A DNA stretch of 64,000 nt, filler included. It is 15 parts of 15 records of this genome, joined end to end, with 100 filler letters (N's around TTAATTAATTAA, not from the genome) between each part and the next. Parts side by side here need not be neighbours in the genome. Positions count along the whole stretch, not along the records: positions 21,450 to 30,550 come from SRR7504441_32710; positions 30,651 to 34,368 come from SRR7504441_32712; 13 more parts are not named here. One strand, 5' to 3'. Positions within the stretch are counted from its first letter, which is position 1. Every line of letters starts with the position of its first letter. Under the pieces are notes generated by a model, which was given only the letters and a program-made list of their open reading frames with translations, made no database searches and had not been told where the DNA came from. Of this stretch, positions 21,450-34,468 are shown piece after piece. The position numbers and the translations under genes were made by a program.

Positions 21450-22484
21450 TAAAACTGACTGCAACACCGCCGCGGGCTGAATAGTCCAGCAGCGGATGAG
21501 GGGAGGGCTTTGCGCTGGGCTTTGGCTGGCTTTCGTGTGCTGGTGCCGGCCAGTAGCCCCGCAGGCCCAGTCGTTCAGCATCCGACCCGACACGCTGCAC
21601 CACGGACTCACCCACGCCGGAGTGGTGGCCGCCGGATCTGTCTGCAGTGAGCGCCAAGCAGGTGACAACTGGCACCGGCAAGCAGGTCCGGTGCAGCTTC
21701 GAGTATCAGACGCTGCCCACGACCAGCGCTAGCACGGCTAGGGTGCCCAGGCCGCGAGGGTGCCGGCTGACCGCTGAGGCCAGGTGGCTGCGGTGACAGA
21801 CGCTGCTGACACGGCGCGGGAGTTATTGGCGGGGCTTCGGGGCGAGTGTCTGACGGACCTGGAAGCGGTCGGGGACGGGTACTGGCACTACATGGTGTGC
21901 GTGGGCCAAAAAGTCAGCCAGTACCACGACAGGAACCTGCAGGCCGCTACCAATATGGGTAGCTTGCCCGGCTAGCGAGCGAACGGCCTGCCCTCGCTGA
22001 GGTGCCCCGGCCAGGCGGATTTGACGCTCGGGCCACTCGGCCGCTCGGGCCTACAGTGCAGCGGTTCACAAACGGCAAACCGTGCATGGAAGGCAACGGG
22101 CGGAGTGAGGTGCTGCGGTCCTCGACTGTGAGATATCACTGTGGCAAGGCGCCGGCCTGCCCGATCGCCGCTGAGCGGGTCGCCGACAGGTGGGCGTGCT
22201 ATCAGTCTCGGAGCCTCAGCTGTGCACGTACGATATAGCCGTGGCGCACCCAGGGCTATGTTCGTCGTCCATATTCCCAAAATCTGGCGACAGCAGCACG
22301 GTCTCACGCTGGGGCCGGTCGGGACTGAGCATGCGACAGGCCGTGAGCACCAAGCAGCAGGAAGATTGGCTGCTAGAGCTATCTGAGGTGAGTCTGGAGC
22401 ACCGGTGAGAGCTGATGGGCGGCTCAGGATGCCGCGGGTAGAGTTGGGTGCCTTGTTCGGGGCCTCGCTGCCAGCAGCGAGTAG
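21450..22484 (+). CDS. OS-9/ERLEC1-like MRH-domain lectin; multi-exon; ends uncertain
   Basis: 'GYWHYMVCVGQKVSQYH', 'FTNGKPC...RSSTVRYHC', 'VSEPQLCTYDIAV.HPGLC'. Confidence 0.75.
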
Positions 22485-22965
22485 GGCTGCCGCCTGGGCT
22501 GTACTGATTGGCTCGACAGAGTCACTTTTGGCGGGTTTAATTTGACGCTGCAGCATGGGAGTGGCAGCTTGCTTGAGCCTGTGCCAGTCACGGACAGCCA
22601 AGTGCGGTCAGTGGCCACTGCTAGCCCTGGCAGCGAGCACTCATAGAGCACTCATTGGGGTTCAGAGGCAAACGCCGGCTGTTGCTGCACCCGGACGAGC
22701 TGATCGCCCGACAAGGTGCGGGAATGGCGGCGCTTTTGATGATTGTTGGCAGGCGACAATGCCGTGAGGTCTTCAACGGAGTTCGGCGGATTCGTTGAGA
22801 GCATTGCTGTTTGGTCCGACGAAACCCTTTGATTGAATACGCGGCATAACAACATTATTGTGTTCTAAACGTATTGATTGTATGATGTTTTACGTACTCG
22901 TACTTTATTCATTTTACTCGTACGGTACTCGTACCGTACAAAGCAGGAACACGTGACCCGGCATT

Positions 22966-23538
22966 TCAAATATGATTGACAGTTAGCTCCGCCAGTGGCC
23001 CGTTATCCGGGCCAGGGTTCTTCGCCGCCGCCCTCTCGACGCCCTTGGCATCGAGCTTCTCCTGGCTGGCGTTCCACAGCTCGAAGGCGCGTTGTCGCAC
23101 TGTGTCGGAGCAGCGGGCCGGCCGCATGGTTTGGCCTTGCCTGGCCGAAAGCTCGCGGAACACGGGCGGCATGGCGTCCATCCGGTGCACCATCCCGCCG
23201 ATCTGGTCGGGTGAGATGTACACGCAGGTGCCGACGCCGGCCATGATGATCCTTGTGAGGCACATTGGACACGGCTCCAGGGTCGAGACCAGCGTGTGAT
23301 CAGCCAGCCCGGCCTCGGCGTGCGCGGCCTCCCACTTGTTGAGCACCACCATCTCGGCGTGCAGGTCCGACCGGAACCCGCCGTCCGCGTGCACCTGGTT
23401 GTGGCCCTCGACCACCACCGCACCACTCCCGTCGAGCAGCACCGCCCCCACCCCGTACGTCCCCTTCGACGCCGCGATCGCCGCCTGCTCCAGCGCGCAC
23501 AGCGAGGCTGGCTCGTCGTCCGCCAGGTCTGCGCTCAT
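22966..23538 (-). CDS. Zn-dependent nucleoside/nucleotide deaminase (TadA/CDA-like fold), intronless
   Basis: 'GVGAVL', 'HAEMVVL', 'STLEPCPMC'. Confidence 0.9.
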   Translation of the reverse strand: MSADLADDEPASLCALEQAAIAASKGTYGVGAVLLDGSGAVVVEGHNQVHADGGFRSDLHAEMVVLNKWEAAHAEAGLADHTLVSTLEPCPMCLTRIIMAGVGTCVYISPDQIGGMVHRMDAMPPVFRELSARQGQTMRPARCSDTVRQRAFELWNASQEKLDAKGVERAAAKNPGPDNGPLAELTVNHI

Positions 23539-23682
23539 CTAGCGGTCTCCGCCAGGTCTGCGCTCAAGCCGTCTCGTGCTCTTCAGTCCAGTCCAGCTCG
23601 GCAGCCCGGCGAGCTTTCCGTTAACGTTGCCTTCAGCCCCCCTGACTGGACCTTCCAAGGCGTCAGGGACACGGCTTGCTCG

Positions 23683-23734
23683 GGGTGAGCGGCTGGTCGG
23701 GCGGGACCGGGTGAGCGGCTGGTCGGGCGGGACC
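23683..23734. repeat. Perfect 26-bp tandem duplication just upstream of the ferlin start
   Basis: GGGTGAGCGGCTGGTCGGGCGGGACC x2. Confidence 0.9.
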
Positions 23735-23753
23735 GGGCCCCGAGAAGCCCACC

Positions 23754-26700
23754 ATGCCGTTCGCGGTCCGGGTGCACATCATCGAAGGTCGGCCCCGGCG
23801 CTAGGCCGGCCGAGCTGCGGCAGGCCGGGAGCTAAAGGGAGTGGACGATGGGGGCATGTCCGATCCATTCGTCATCGTCTCCGTCTGGTGGGCCCCGGCC
23901 CGCCGGCCGGCTCACCCGGGCGCTGGGCAGCGGGCAGAAGCAGGAGACCGATAAGTTTGAGAAATGCTCGGCGTGCGTCTGGGACAAGATCATGTTCTTC
24001 GAGCTCGGCGGGATATCGGCAAAGGAGTTCCAGCAGGGGATCATCAAGATCGAGTGCTACGACTGGAACGCGATAGGGAGCAACATCCTGATCGGGGACT
24101 TCCAGTTCGGGTGCGGCGGGGTCAACATGAAGCCAGACCACATGTGCGCTGGTCGGCCAGCCGGGCTGAGCCGTCGGGCTGCAGGCAGAAGGGCTGGATC
24201 CCGCTGCTCAACCCGATGCACGGGTTTGACTACCAGGGCTTTATCAAGGTGGGCTGCGGCGGCGGCCACGGGGCGAGATGTGCGGCAGGTGAATGTGTCT
24301 GCTATCAAAGACGGGCAGGCGCATAAGGAATCTGCCGAGGAGGAGGAGGAGCAGGACGAGAGTGATCTGTCCAAGTGCCTGATCATGCCGCCGGGGATGA
24401 AACCCAAGCCTTGCCGACTGTCTTGCTGTGTCTACAGATGCACAGACCTGCCACAGATGGTGCGACCGGGCGGTGCCGCCTGCTGAGTGCGTGGATATAG
24501 GACGTGTTGGGCTGGTGCGACGGGTTCATCAAGATGAAGTTCGGGCCCGAGGTCAAGACCGAGGTGGCTGAAAGCTCGGCCAATCCGGTGCGTGCGCCAT
24601 TGGAAGGAGTTAGGCTGACGGTCGGGTGCAGGAATTTTTAGAGGAGTTGAATTTACCTGTGATGCTGCCTTCGATGGCAGACCAGATAGAAATCATGCTG
24701 TTTGACGACGACATGGGCATGTCGGAAGATTACATTGGCTCGGCATTCTACTCTTTCCGCGAAATCAACGACCGGACCGTAATCGGGCCTCACTGGACAC
24801 ACCTGTATGGCTGGCCCGAGGATGCGACCGAGGAGCAAATCGCCGACGTGAAGGACATGAAGCCAATCGAATACAAGGGCTCGTGCTTGCTCAGCTTTGC
24901 CACCGAGGACGACAAGGGCGCTAGGATTGGGAAAAAGAAATGTGAGCCGTGTGAGGAACCGGCGCTGGTTGACTACGAGTTCCGGTTGGACCTGTTCCAA
25001 GTGAGCGAGCTGCCTGAGAACGTGGAGGACACGGAGGTGTTTGTGCGGTTCGGCCTTGGTTCAGAGCTGAGTGAAACCAACTGGGGTCAGAGCAAGACGG
25101 CTAAGCTGGTCGGAAACTCATGCGATTGGTGGCTCAAAGACCGGAAGCGAGGTCAGTATAAGCTCAAAACCAAGTGGCCAGTGCTCAAGAAGAGCAATTG
25201 CTACCACGAGAAGCAAGTGCCGGATATCTTCATAGGCCTGTACAGCGACTCGATGATGTATGGTACAAAGCGGATCGGGTTCTTGCGATGGGAGTACGAC
25301 CTTAAGAAGGCTAAGCATCTGGCAAAAGACGAAATCTGCTGGTACCCTCTGATCACAGACCCGTTCTCTGGGATTGTCCAGAAGGGGGCAATTCCAGGCT
25401 TCATTCAACTGAGATTCCAGTTTGGGGAAAAGAAGAAGCTGCCCAGGGCAGGAGGCTGGCCTCAATCACGGAAGGCAGATTACTTGCTTAGGGCGCATAT
25501 CTATCAGGGGAAAGACTTACCTGCCGCCGATGCGGAAGGTACTAGTGATGCGTTCTGTATCATGCGGATGGCTGGCCAAAAGGGGCAGTCTAAGACCATC
25601 TACTGCACGTGTGCTCCCAGATGGTATGAGACTGTTGAACTTCACGTGTCGCTTCCAACCAACAAAGACCTGCTCCCGAACATCTACTTCCTGCTGTACG
25701 ACGAGGACGAGTGGGGCCCGCCCGATTATCTAGGGCGGTTTGCAGTTCAGACCAGCAACGTGGAGGCAAAGTTCAAAGATCCAGCCCAGGACCAGCTGAT
25801 CGATGACGTTTGGCCAAACGGCGACTGGTACCCTCTAGTGGTGGGCGAGAAGGACGGCCAGCCCGAGACTGAAGGTGTGGTGCTCGCTACGTTCCAACTA
25901 CTGCCAAAGAAGGGTCCAGATATAGAAAAACTCAAGGCCAAGAATCTGTACGGTCCTTACCCCGAGCACCCCGATGGATGGTTTGATATTTACCCTGAGC
26001 ACCTGCCATGCATTTTCGAGTGTTTTATCGTGGGAATCAGAGACCTCGAACCCTACAGGCTGCTAGACTGCTCTGACCCAATCCTTGAGCTGGACTGTGG
26101 GGACCGATCCCCTGAAAAGATCAGACGCACAGAGCAAGGAGAAACTCCAAACATGAGTTGGAAGGAGCAATTGCAGCTAGAGTGTGACCTTCCAGTCAAG
26201 ACAATCTTCTCCCCAAATCTCAATCTTCGTGTTTACGATAACCGAATGATGGGAGAGACGCAGGTCGGCTCAGCATCCATACCTGTTGCACCATATGCTA
26301 AAGGGTCGGCATTTTCAGCGGTTGAGCTTGAAATCAAGCTCCCAGATGGCGTTGAATTCGACGAAGGTGGTGAGGAGACGGACGAGGAGCCGCCACCACC
26401 GCAAGACTATTTGCCGCAGGATCCAATTGAGATGAATGAAACCATTCATCCAGATTTTGGGGATTGGAAATTCGATACCATTGTGCGCGGAGGACAGATT
26501 GGGCAGCGTTCTATTCCACCAACCAAGCCAGTAGATCCTTTTAATGACGGGGAGGAGGAGGAGGATGAAGGCAAGAAGAAAGACCCAGTGAAAGATCGGC
26601 CATGCCTGGGCAAGGACTGGGAGACTTCCCCTGAAGGATTTACCAAGTCGAACAAGCCGCCGTTTCATGTGTATGAAGTTATGCGAGGCGGTGGTGGTGG

Positions 26701-28243
26701 AGAGGGAGGCCTGCTTTCAATGCTCGCCTTTTCAGCTCCACCTAAGTGTGTGGGCAGAGTCAAGATGAGGTGCCGTGCATATGCAATTGATTCTCCAGAG
26801 CACACAGACGAGCCGACTCTTGAGGATGCATGGTCTGAGTTGGGCCGTGACAAGAAAATGACCCTGAGGCTTTATTTGATACGTGGGATCAGTTATATGG
26901 CAAATGACAACGATACCAACCCATTCTGCAATGTGTACCTTACTAACCACGATCCTATAATGGACCAGGAGCGCACACTCCGAGAGTCGACGCAGTCTCC
27001 CAACATCTATCAGTATTATGAGTGGAAAGGGGTGCAGCTTCCTGGAGACCACACTTTGACCATCGAAGTACTTGACAGTAATTTGCTTGGTGACGAGTTA
27101 ATCGGAAGAGCCAAAGTAGACATCGAGGATAGACATTTCACGACCAGTTGGTGGGATAAAAACATCGAGGAGCTCAAGTGGCGGCCAAAGGAATGGTTGC
27201 CACTGTGGAGCCCTGACTCAACTATACCGCAGGGGCGAGTGGAGGTGTGGATTGATTTGCTTGACGACAAGGAGGCAGGCAAGGTGCCAGTGATCCCTCT
27301 CGAGGCACCCAAGGGTGACCCATGGGAGCTGCGCGTGGTCTGCTGGAAGGTCACCGATTTGAACTTCCGTGACAAGACCAGCGTTGATCTGTTCTGCTCT
27401 GGGCTGTTGGAATTCAAGAGCATCGAGACCGACAAAATGACTCGCCCTGTTGACCGCCAGGACACGGACACTCAGCTGTTCATGGAACCGCAACATTATG
27501 GCTCGTTTCACTATCGATGGATCTTTCCAGCGCAGCTGCCATGCAGCATACCCAAACTTCTAGTGCAGACTTGGGATTTCGAGCTGCTCACACCAAACGA
27601 CGCCATCTGCGAGTGCAACCTACAGCTCAAAGGCTTTTTCACAGCTGCAGAAAAGAAAGGCGGATACCACAAGGTCGACTTAGACCTTGCAATGACTCAC
27701 CCGAACTTCCGAGGAATCCAGGGAAATGTACAACTGACACTGGAGATGATGACGCAGGAAGAGGCGGAGGCGGATCCTTGTGACGACGGACGAGCCAGCG
27801 AGCTTTTGGACCGGGAAGGCATGTATCAGTTCTACCGACCTCCTGGCGCCTTCCCATCGTTCTCGCTGTGGCCAATCATCAAAGCGCGGCTGATGAAGTA
27901 CAAGAAGTTTTGTATAATCTGCTGTGTTGTACTTATAGTGTTGCTGTTGGTGGCTGCATATCTGTACATTTCAGTTATGTCTGATGAGAGACTCAAGACT
28001 AATGTGCGGCCATGGAGCTCCAGCAAGTATGCTCGGCTTGGTTTAACGCCCGTCCAATGGGACTGGAACCAAGATGCAGCTTTGCTTGGACTTCGTGGGT
28101 CTGGATGTGGTGTGATGGCCCAAGAGGTGGAGCAACTTCTACCTTGGCCTGCAGTGATTTACAGAGCTGATGGGTACCGCAGAGTCAACTACTTGTTCTT
28201 GGAGGTTTTGAGTTTGGGCAAATGGCTGCACGGGCTCATATAA
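23754..28243 (+). CDS. Ferlin (multi-C2, C-terminal TM) extended by a peptidase-S74 intramolecular chaperone domain; about 6 short introns before 24632
   Basis: C2 domains ('VRVHIIEG', 'LRAHIYQGKDLPAADAEGTSDAF', 'LRLYLIRG', 'WELRVVCW', 'QDTD', 'FHYRWIF'); TM about 27908-27979; then SDERLK...GVMAQEVEQLLP...YRRVNY. Confidence 0.9.
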
Positions 28244-28625
28244 GAGAGTCAGAAGATACAGTGCTAGATATATAAGACTTAGTTACTCACTCACATCGGT
28301 GTCACCCGCCAACAATGCTATGACAGTGCCGATTGTACATATAGAGGACTTATAGAGCATGACTTCACGGTCAGTGAAATATTTGAACACTAAATTATGC
28401 GTCGTGAAGGGCTCTAGTGCGCATTTACTCGTACTCCGCATTATGATTGTACTTGTATATACTTCGCATCCCATTAAAGGGATGTCATGAAAGTGGCATC
28501 AGAAAGGAGGTGTTACAATCATTAATAAGATAGTCGTCTGACCCGATTTGACAGAAAATGTAAGCCCAAAACGCTTTGCTAACGCTTTGTGTAGACAGAC
28601 TCATGCGATGATTATGCACTGAAGC

Positions 28626-30482
28626 TTAAACTTCCATGACATCAATTGTAGCCAGTGTACCCGGCCGCGTGACGATTGGCCTAGCTCTGATCCACAAAGT
28701 CTGCAAGTGGCAAACCCAGACATTCGTGGAAGCCTTCAAGTATTGCCGTCTCAGCCTGTGCAAGGTACACATGAGCAAGTCAGACAAGTGGGGTGTAATC
28801 ATGGCAGATACCATGAGGAGATCTCGTGCCTTACCTACAATTGGCGGATTTTCATTGAAGAGCGCGCTCATCAACCGCCTATACTCCCTTACCACATGAC
28901 CCTTGCCATTCTGTATCAGCCCTCGAATCACCTGCAACAATGGCACCACTCAGAAGACTAAACTAGCCATCATGCTCACACCTGCACATAGTATGACGCA
29001 TGCACTGCAGCAATTCCCCGCCGATTCCGTTGGAAGTCTTCAGCTTGGGCTGAGAGCGCCACAAGCTGACCTTCGGCGGACTCCTGTATGGTCTTGTTAC
29101 TGGATTCACATTGCTCCATAGCCCGGGCAGTTGCTTTGATGATTTGCTCCATCGAATACGACCGGCCAGCTTTCTTGAGGTTGACCCACACACTGCACAC
29201 TTGACACAGCTCGGCATATGTCTCCTTGTACGCGGCCGTGTTCTGCTGCAGCCCTGGGAGCACCATCAGCAAGCTGAGTGCCCGCCTGAGCTCATCCGAG
29301 TCGCGCAGACAAGCGAGGAACTCTTGGCAGGTGACTGTGGCAGCTGTGCCAGAGACAACTTCATAGATTGCGTCTGAAAAGAGCATGGCCTGATGACAGG
29401 GCAACGCTCGCAAGCAGACCTGTCCCACAATTGGCCCAACCGGGGCCAGGGTTGTTGCCTTGTAGAGCTTAAACTTGGACACGCGCTCATGGCCGTCCAG
29501 GTCAAAGAATTTGGTGCAAATCACCAGGAAAACTGGGTGTTGGTGCATCGAGCGGCCTGTGCTCTGATTCTTGTGCTCTTGTAGGAAGAAACTAAGCCCA
29601 ACCACCAGCTCTACGAAGGTGATGGCGTCGTTGTGGTGAATGTCAAGTGTCTCGAACATCCGGCGGACCAAAAAGTGGTCCTTGAAGCCCATTTGGCCTG
29701 TTAGCTTTTTGAAATGGTGCATTTGCATCGGCCGCCGCCCACTACCTGCTCAGCGTGCTCAACAGGGGGACGTTGCCGGCCAGTCCACCGGTCAGCCCAA
29801 GATACGTCTGATGCAGCGTTGATATGTACGACTGCAGGAAGCCCGTCTGCTTGGCAATTGCACGACTGCAAAATCCGTCGTCTTCCAGCGTCCTTTTGCC
29901 TGCCCTCCAGATGTCAATCCACGATCTTCATTCCAGTCACCTCCACGCCGCTCTAGCCCACGCCGTGAGGATACCTTAATCACCGACCGCATCGACCGCA
30001 TCCCTGCCAGGGGCTCCATCTGGCTGCCTGGTGCGCAACTACCTGTGGCCTCTCGATCGTTGAATTCCTTGAGTAGGGTACCATCGGCCAGGATATCTTC
30101 TGGCCACTCTACCTGTCCGCCCACACCTGTCAGCTGCAGCTCCGGACCCGGCAAGTACGATTCCAGTCACTGGGTTGCGATTGTGCAGAACGTTCGGCTC
30201 GCCTTGCGATTGAGGCCAGGGGCGTGGCCCAGCACTAGCCAGCTTACGTCGACGAGGCCTCGTGCGGGCCATCGTCTGGTGAGGTGTGACTTGGGGCTGC
30301 AGTGCTGCGCGCGAGAGGGTTCGGATGGTTGCCAGGTGCCCGGTGGGCGCGCGTGGGCTTCGGGGCCTGAGCCGGGGAGCCATCACCGTGGCAGGGCGGA
30401 ACCCTGGGAGCTGCGAGTTGGCCGCTGGGTCTGGGAGGAACATCCCCGGGAGTGGCACAGTGGCTCGACCACTTGGCGCCAT
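28626..30482 (-). CDS. EF-hand (calcineurin-B/NCS-like) domain protein; multi-exon
   Basis: 'LVRRMFETLDIHHNDAITFVELVVGLS', 'FFDLDGHERVS'; several short introns. Confidence 0.6.
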
Positions 30483-30650
30483 TGCGGATAAATCTGGCAC
30501 CTTTCGGCAGTTGGACCAAGTCGACCTGACGAGCCGCTGGGCACTGAAATNNNNNNNNNNNNNNNNNNNNNNNNNNNNNNNNNNNNNNNNNNNNTTAATT
30601 AATTAANNNNNNNNNNNNNNNNNNNNNNNNNNNNNNNNNNNNNNNNNNNN

Positions 30651-32674
30651 ACCCGCCCAGGAATGAGGCCGCTCCGAGCAGCGCGTAGGTGCCTTCTTCG
30701 ATCCCAACGTTGATGCCGCGTGCACCGTCGAGTTCAACAACCATCATCCCGACCAGCCGGCCATAGGAGCAGCCACACAGAATACACGGGATGAAGAGGC
30801 CAGATGGGACAGCCAGCCCGTAGGTGACAACAGCCAGCACAAAGTATGTGACCATGAAGAAGATGAGAGTGGACACCCTGAAGACCTTTTCCGAGTTGGG
30901 AGCAAAAAGGTTCCTGATGGCGTCGTCTTGGGTGTTGAAGAAGATACTGGCCAGGTCATTATAGCCGTGCTCGTTGGAGGGGCAATGGAAGTTAATGTAA
31001 TGTCCGGGGGCCTCGCCAGGGCACGCTTCCCGGCCTTCGGTCGGTGCAAAGCTGGGACAAGGCTGGCACGAGACCATCATCGGGAGGATGAACGAACACA
31101 TTGCTGTGAGGACAGCCACGAGTGCAGCCTCCCACACCTTGCGCCAGCCGACCGAGTTGGCACGCCGCCAGATGCAGATTTTGGTATTGATTTTGATGAA
31201 GAGAGTGCCAAGCAAGCCACCGATGATTCCAATGAGCACGACAGGAAGGATCTCATAGGGTGAGTAGTCGAATTGCCCCTCCTGGCATTACGCAATCAGC
31301 CGCCGACTAGTTAAGGCTAGACCTTGATGTTAAAGATGATGAAACCGCCAGTGCCGAACTTTCCACAGCCGCCACCCTCACACCAGGTTCGGAGCGCACG
31401 CAGCGTGATGTGCACCACAGCGTTGCCAAAGAAGCACCGCCAGAGTAGCTTTGGGCGCATCCAGGAAGAGGCTTCTTCGATCACGAACAGCACCCCTGCA
31501 GGCCCAGTCAGGCTCGCAGGGCCGGTTCCACCCACCGCCGACGGGAGCTTTGAAAGCGGCGGCCACGCCCGCAGCTGCACCGATTGTGATGAGGTCTCTC
31601 TTGTCGCGATCGTTCTGGAACATTTTAATCCACTTGCCTGGTCCGCATGGCTCGCCCAAAGCCTGGACCAGCCGGACCTGTGATTTGGAAAGCCTTGCAT
31701 CCGCCTTGTCCGAGCATTGCTGCGATGCAGGAGCCGACATGTACCGTCGGCCCTTCCTTTCCCACAGCGAGTCCTCCAGCAATGGCACAGATGGCGCCAC
31801 AAATCTTGGTGAAGAGCGTAGAGAAGAGCAGCGCCCCTGGGAGGTTGATGCCGTTGAGATAGGCCTGCCCCGCCTGGTTAGCGCTAGGCCGCAGCCGGCC
31901 ACTCGCCTTGACGTCTGGGATGCCAGAGCCGGCGGCTGGAGGTGAGACAAAAGTGGTCAGGATGGTGGCGATGATGGTCAGTCCGACGTCAAAGCACATG
32001 TACACCAGGAAGGCCAAGATGGTCGAGTGTTCGTTGAGCGACACCGCCGTCTGGCCCCAAGGTGACTCATCCGCAAGTGGGTTAACTGCCAATTAAAATC
32101 GAGCGCGCGCGCACCTCAAACTTGTAGCCGGCGATGTTCTCGACGCAGAGGTTGATGAAAAAGGCGGTGGCCCCGGTGAGGAATCCAATCAGCAGAGGGT
32201 ACAGCCAGCGCATCAGTAGATAGATCCGCCGGTCCGCTGGGGTGCGCGCAGCCTGCTTACCCCGATAGCTGCCACCCCGCAAATGAGATAGGCTGGAGTT
32301 AGGGCTGTTAGGCGGGGGCGCAAGGTACACAGCGTTCTCGTAGATCTCGTAGTCCAGACTCTCGATCTTGGAGGCTTTCTCGATCAGGGCCACCTTGGTC
32401 TTATCCTCGTTAATCAGGATCTCGTCCTCATCCAGCATCTGCCCGGGCCCGTTCCATTGGGCCGCCGACGGGACTCACCAGCGCCGAATCGTCCGCGGGG
32501 TCCAGACTATCCATCTCGATCTCCTCTCCGAGCCTGTCGGCCCCGGACCTGATCGGGTCCTCCTCGTCCTCCTTGATGCTCGCCGGGTCAGACTTGCGGC
32601 GCATTCCCTTGAGTTTCTGGGCCTTCCGCCAGTCGGCGCGCTGGCCCACCCGCGGGGTCTCTGGGGTCATCATG
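30651..32674 (-). CDS. CLC chloride channel/antiporter (CLC-6/7-like); multi-exon; 3'-truncated
   Basis: 'ESLDYE', GSGIP, GKEGP, '[16 protein letters not shown]', 'LFVIEE', GLFIP. Confidence 0.95.
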
Positions 32675-33383
32675 CTGATCCGCTCCCCGCCGCTCAAGTC
32701 AAGCGAAGTCTGGTGGGCGGCGTGTTCGGCGGTTGGCGCGGAGCACGTGCGTTAGCGGTCTCAACGGAACCGAATCCGCCCTGATTTTCGCTAGGTAGTG
32801 TGCTGCTTCGGCGAGCACGGCCGCGCGTGTACCGACCGGGTAGGAGCGCTCCTCCAGTCTCTCTGCTACGGCCCGAGTGTAGCCACCTACTTGCACAACA
32901 TGGCCGCCTCCTCCGTCGCCGCCCCCGCCCGTGTCCTCCCGCCCGATACCTAGGAGCTCCGGGCGGGCTATGAGGAGCACTTGGAGCTGCAGCTTGCTGC
33001 GTACAGGTGCCTGGCCGGCCTGCTTGGCTTCTGACGCCGGGGACAGGAGCAGCAGATCTCCACCGATGCAGCCTACGCCCGAGCTCTGCAAGCCGAGGTT
33101 CCGGCACTGCAACACTCAAGCGCCGCCACCAAATGGAGTGCCCGACCCTCAATTTCCCCCGGGCGCAGTGCCAGACAGGAAACACTGTCAGAACTGCTTA
33201 AAGGAAAACTAGTAGTGGTACTCAATGACTTGATACCGTACACCACACAAATCACACCAGAACAATATGTCCCAGGTGAACCGGCAATTGTGGATCCCGT
33301 GCCACGCATCAATCAGCAGCTGCTAATGAGGCCGCATGCACAACAACAACGCAACAACAACAACAGCGCAGCGCGATTGCGCG

Positions 33384-34368
33384 ATGGACAGCTCGGGCCC
33401 CGGCGGGAGGAGGCGGGCCGAGTGGCTGGACTGCCTGTCGCGGGTGCTCGGGCTGCCCGGCGGGGCGGTGGCCGAGCGGCTCCAGCTGCTCACCGACGTG
33501 CTCAACGCGCAGGGTGCCCCCGCCCGGCCCACGCGCCCCAGCCCGGGGCGGCAGAGCCTGTCCTCGGTGGTTCGCGCAGCTTGCGCCCGGCTTCCGGTGC
33601 CCCCCGGCCCGGCCCAGCTGACCTGGCCAGCAGCGCTGCCGTCCGACGACGCGGTGATCGCCCAGCGGCTCCAGCGCGAGTTTGATAACGAAACCCGGGG
33701 GAACTGCCGCCGGAAGCGGGCGGTATGACCGGGCTTGTGCTCGGGGCGAGCCGGGGCCAGTGCGCGCTGGAAATGGAGCCGGACCTGGCGATGGCCCGGC
33801 GGCTGCACCGGCAGCTCAACCAGACGGAATGCGAGCCGGCACCGCGCGACACGCCGGACGGTCCGCGGTCGGGCGACCAGTTGGACGAGTCGAGCGACGA
33901 AGAGCCGGGCTGTGCTGGGCCTCCGGTCCAGCTCGGGCAGGCCACCTGCGAGTGGGACGGCACGCTGCACCCGGAGCGCCGCCGACTGGGCTTTCCGCCC
34001 CGCCAGCTGCCAGCTTCATTGGAGGGCAAGCCGATCGCTGGGCTGGTGGCTGTCCAAGACCCTACTGGCGAGACCTTCTGGCAAGAGCCGTCAAGCCGCG
34101 GGCTGACTGGGCGGCAGGTGCGCCTGGGACGGGAGCGGGCTCTCCGGGGACGGCTGGCTGGCCCTGTGCACGAAGCAGCGGCTGTCTGTTGGCCAAAGGC
34201 TCTCTCTGTGGAGCCGGGAGGCGGGTGAACTCACGCTGTGGCCTGTCCCCAGGAGCGGAATAGAACTGGCACCCCGCCGCCCGCGCGCCCGGGCTCACCT
34301 ATCGCAGGCGCTGGCCCGTGCGGCCGATCTGTCGTGCGGGCAGGAGAAATGCTGCGTTAGGGTGGTGA
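33384..34368 (+). CDS. Hypothetical protein; spliced; partial
   Basis: Frames 33384-33728 and 33725-34228 with repeated 'D..IA.RL' helices; joined by a likely short intron. Confidence 0.4.
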
Positions 34369-34468
34369 NNNNNNNNNNNNNNNNNNNNNNNNNNNNNNNN
34401 NNNNNNNNNNNNTTAATTAATTAANNNNNNNNNNNNNNNNNNNNNNNNNNNNNNNNNNNNNNNNNNNN

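Noticed and set aside
33341-33365. (CAA)n tract
   Set aside because: Ordinary microsatellite
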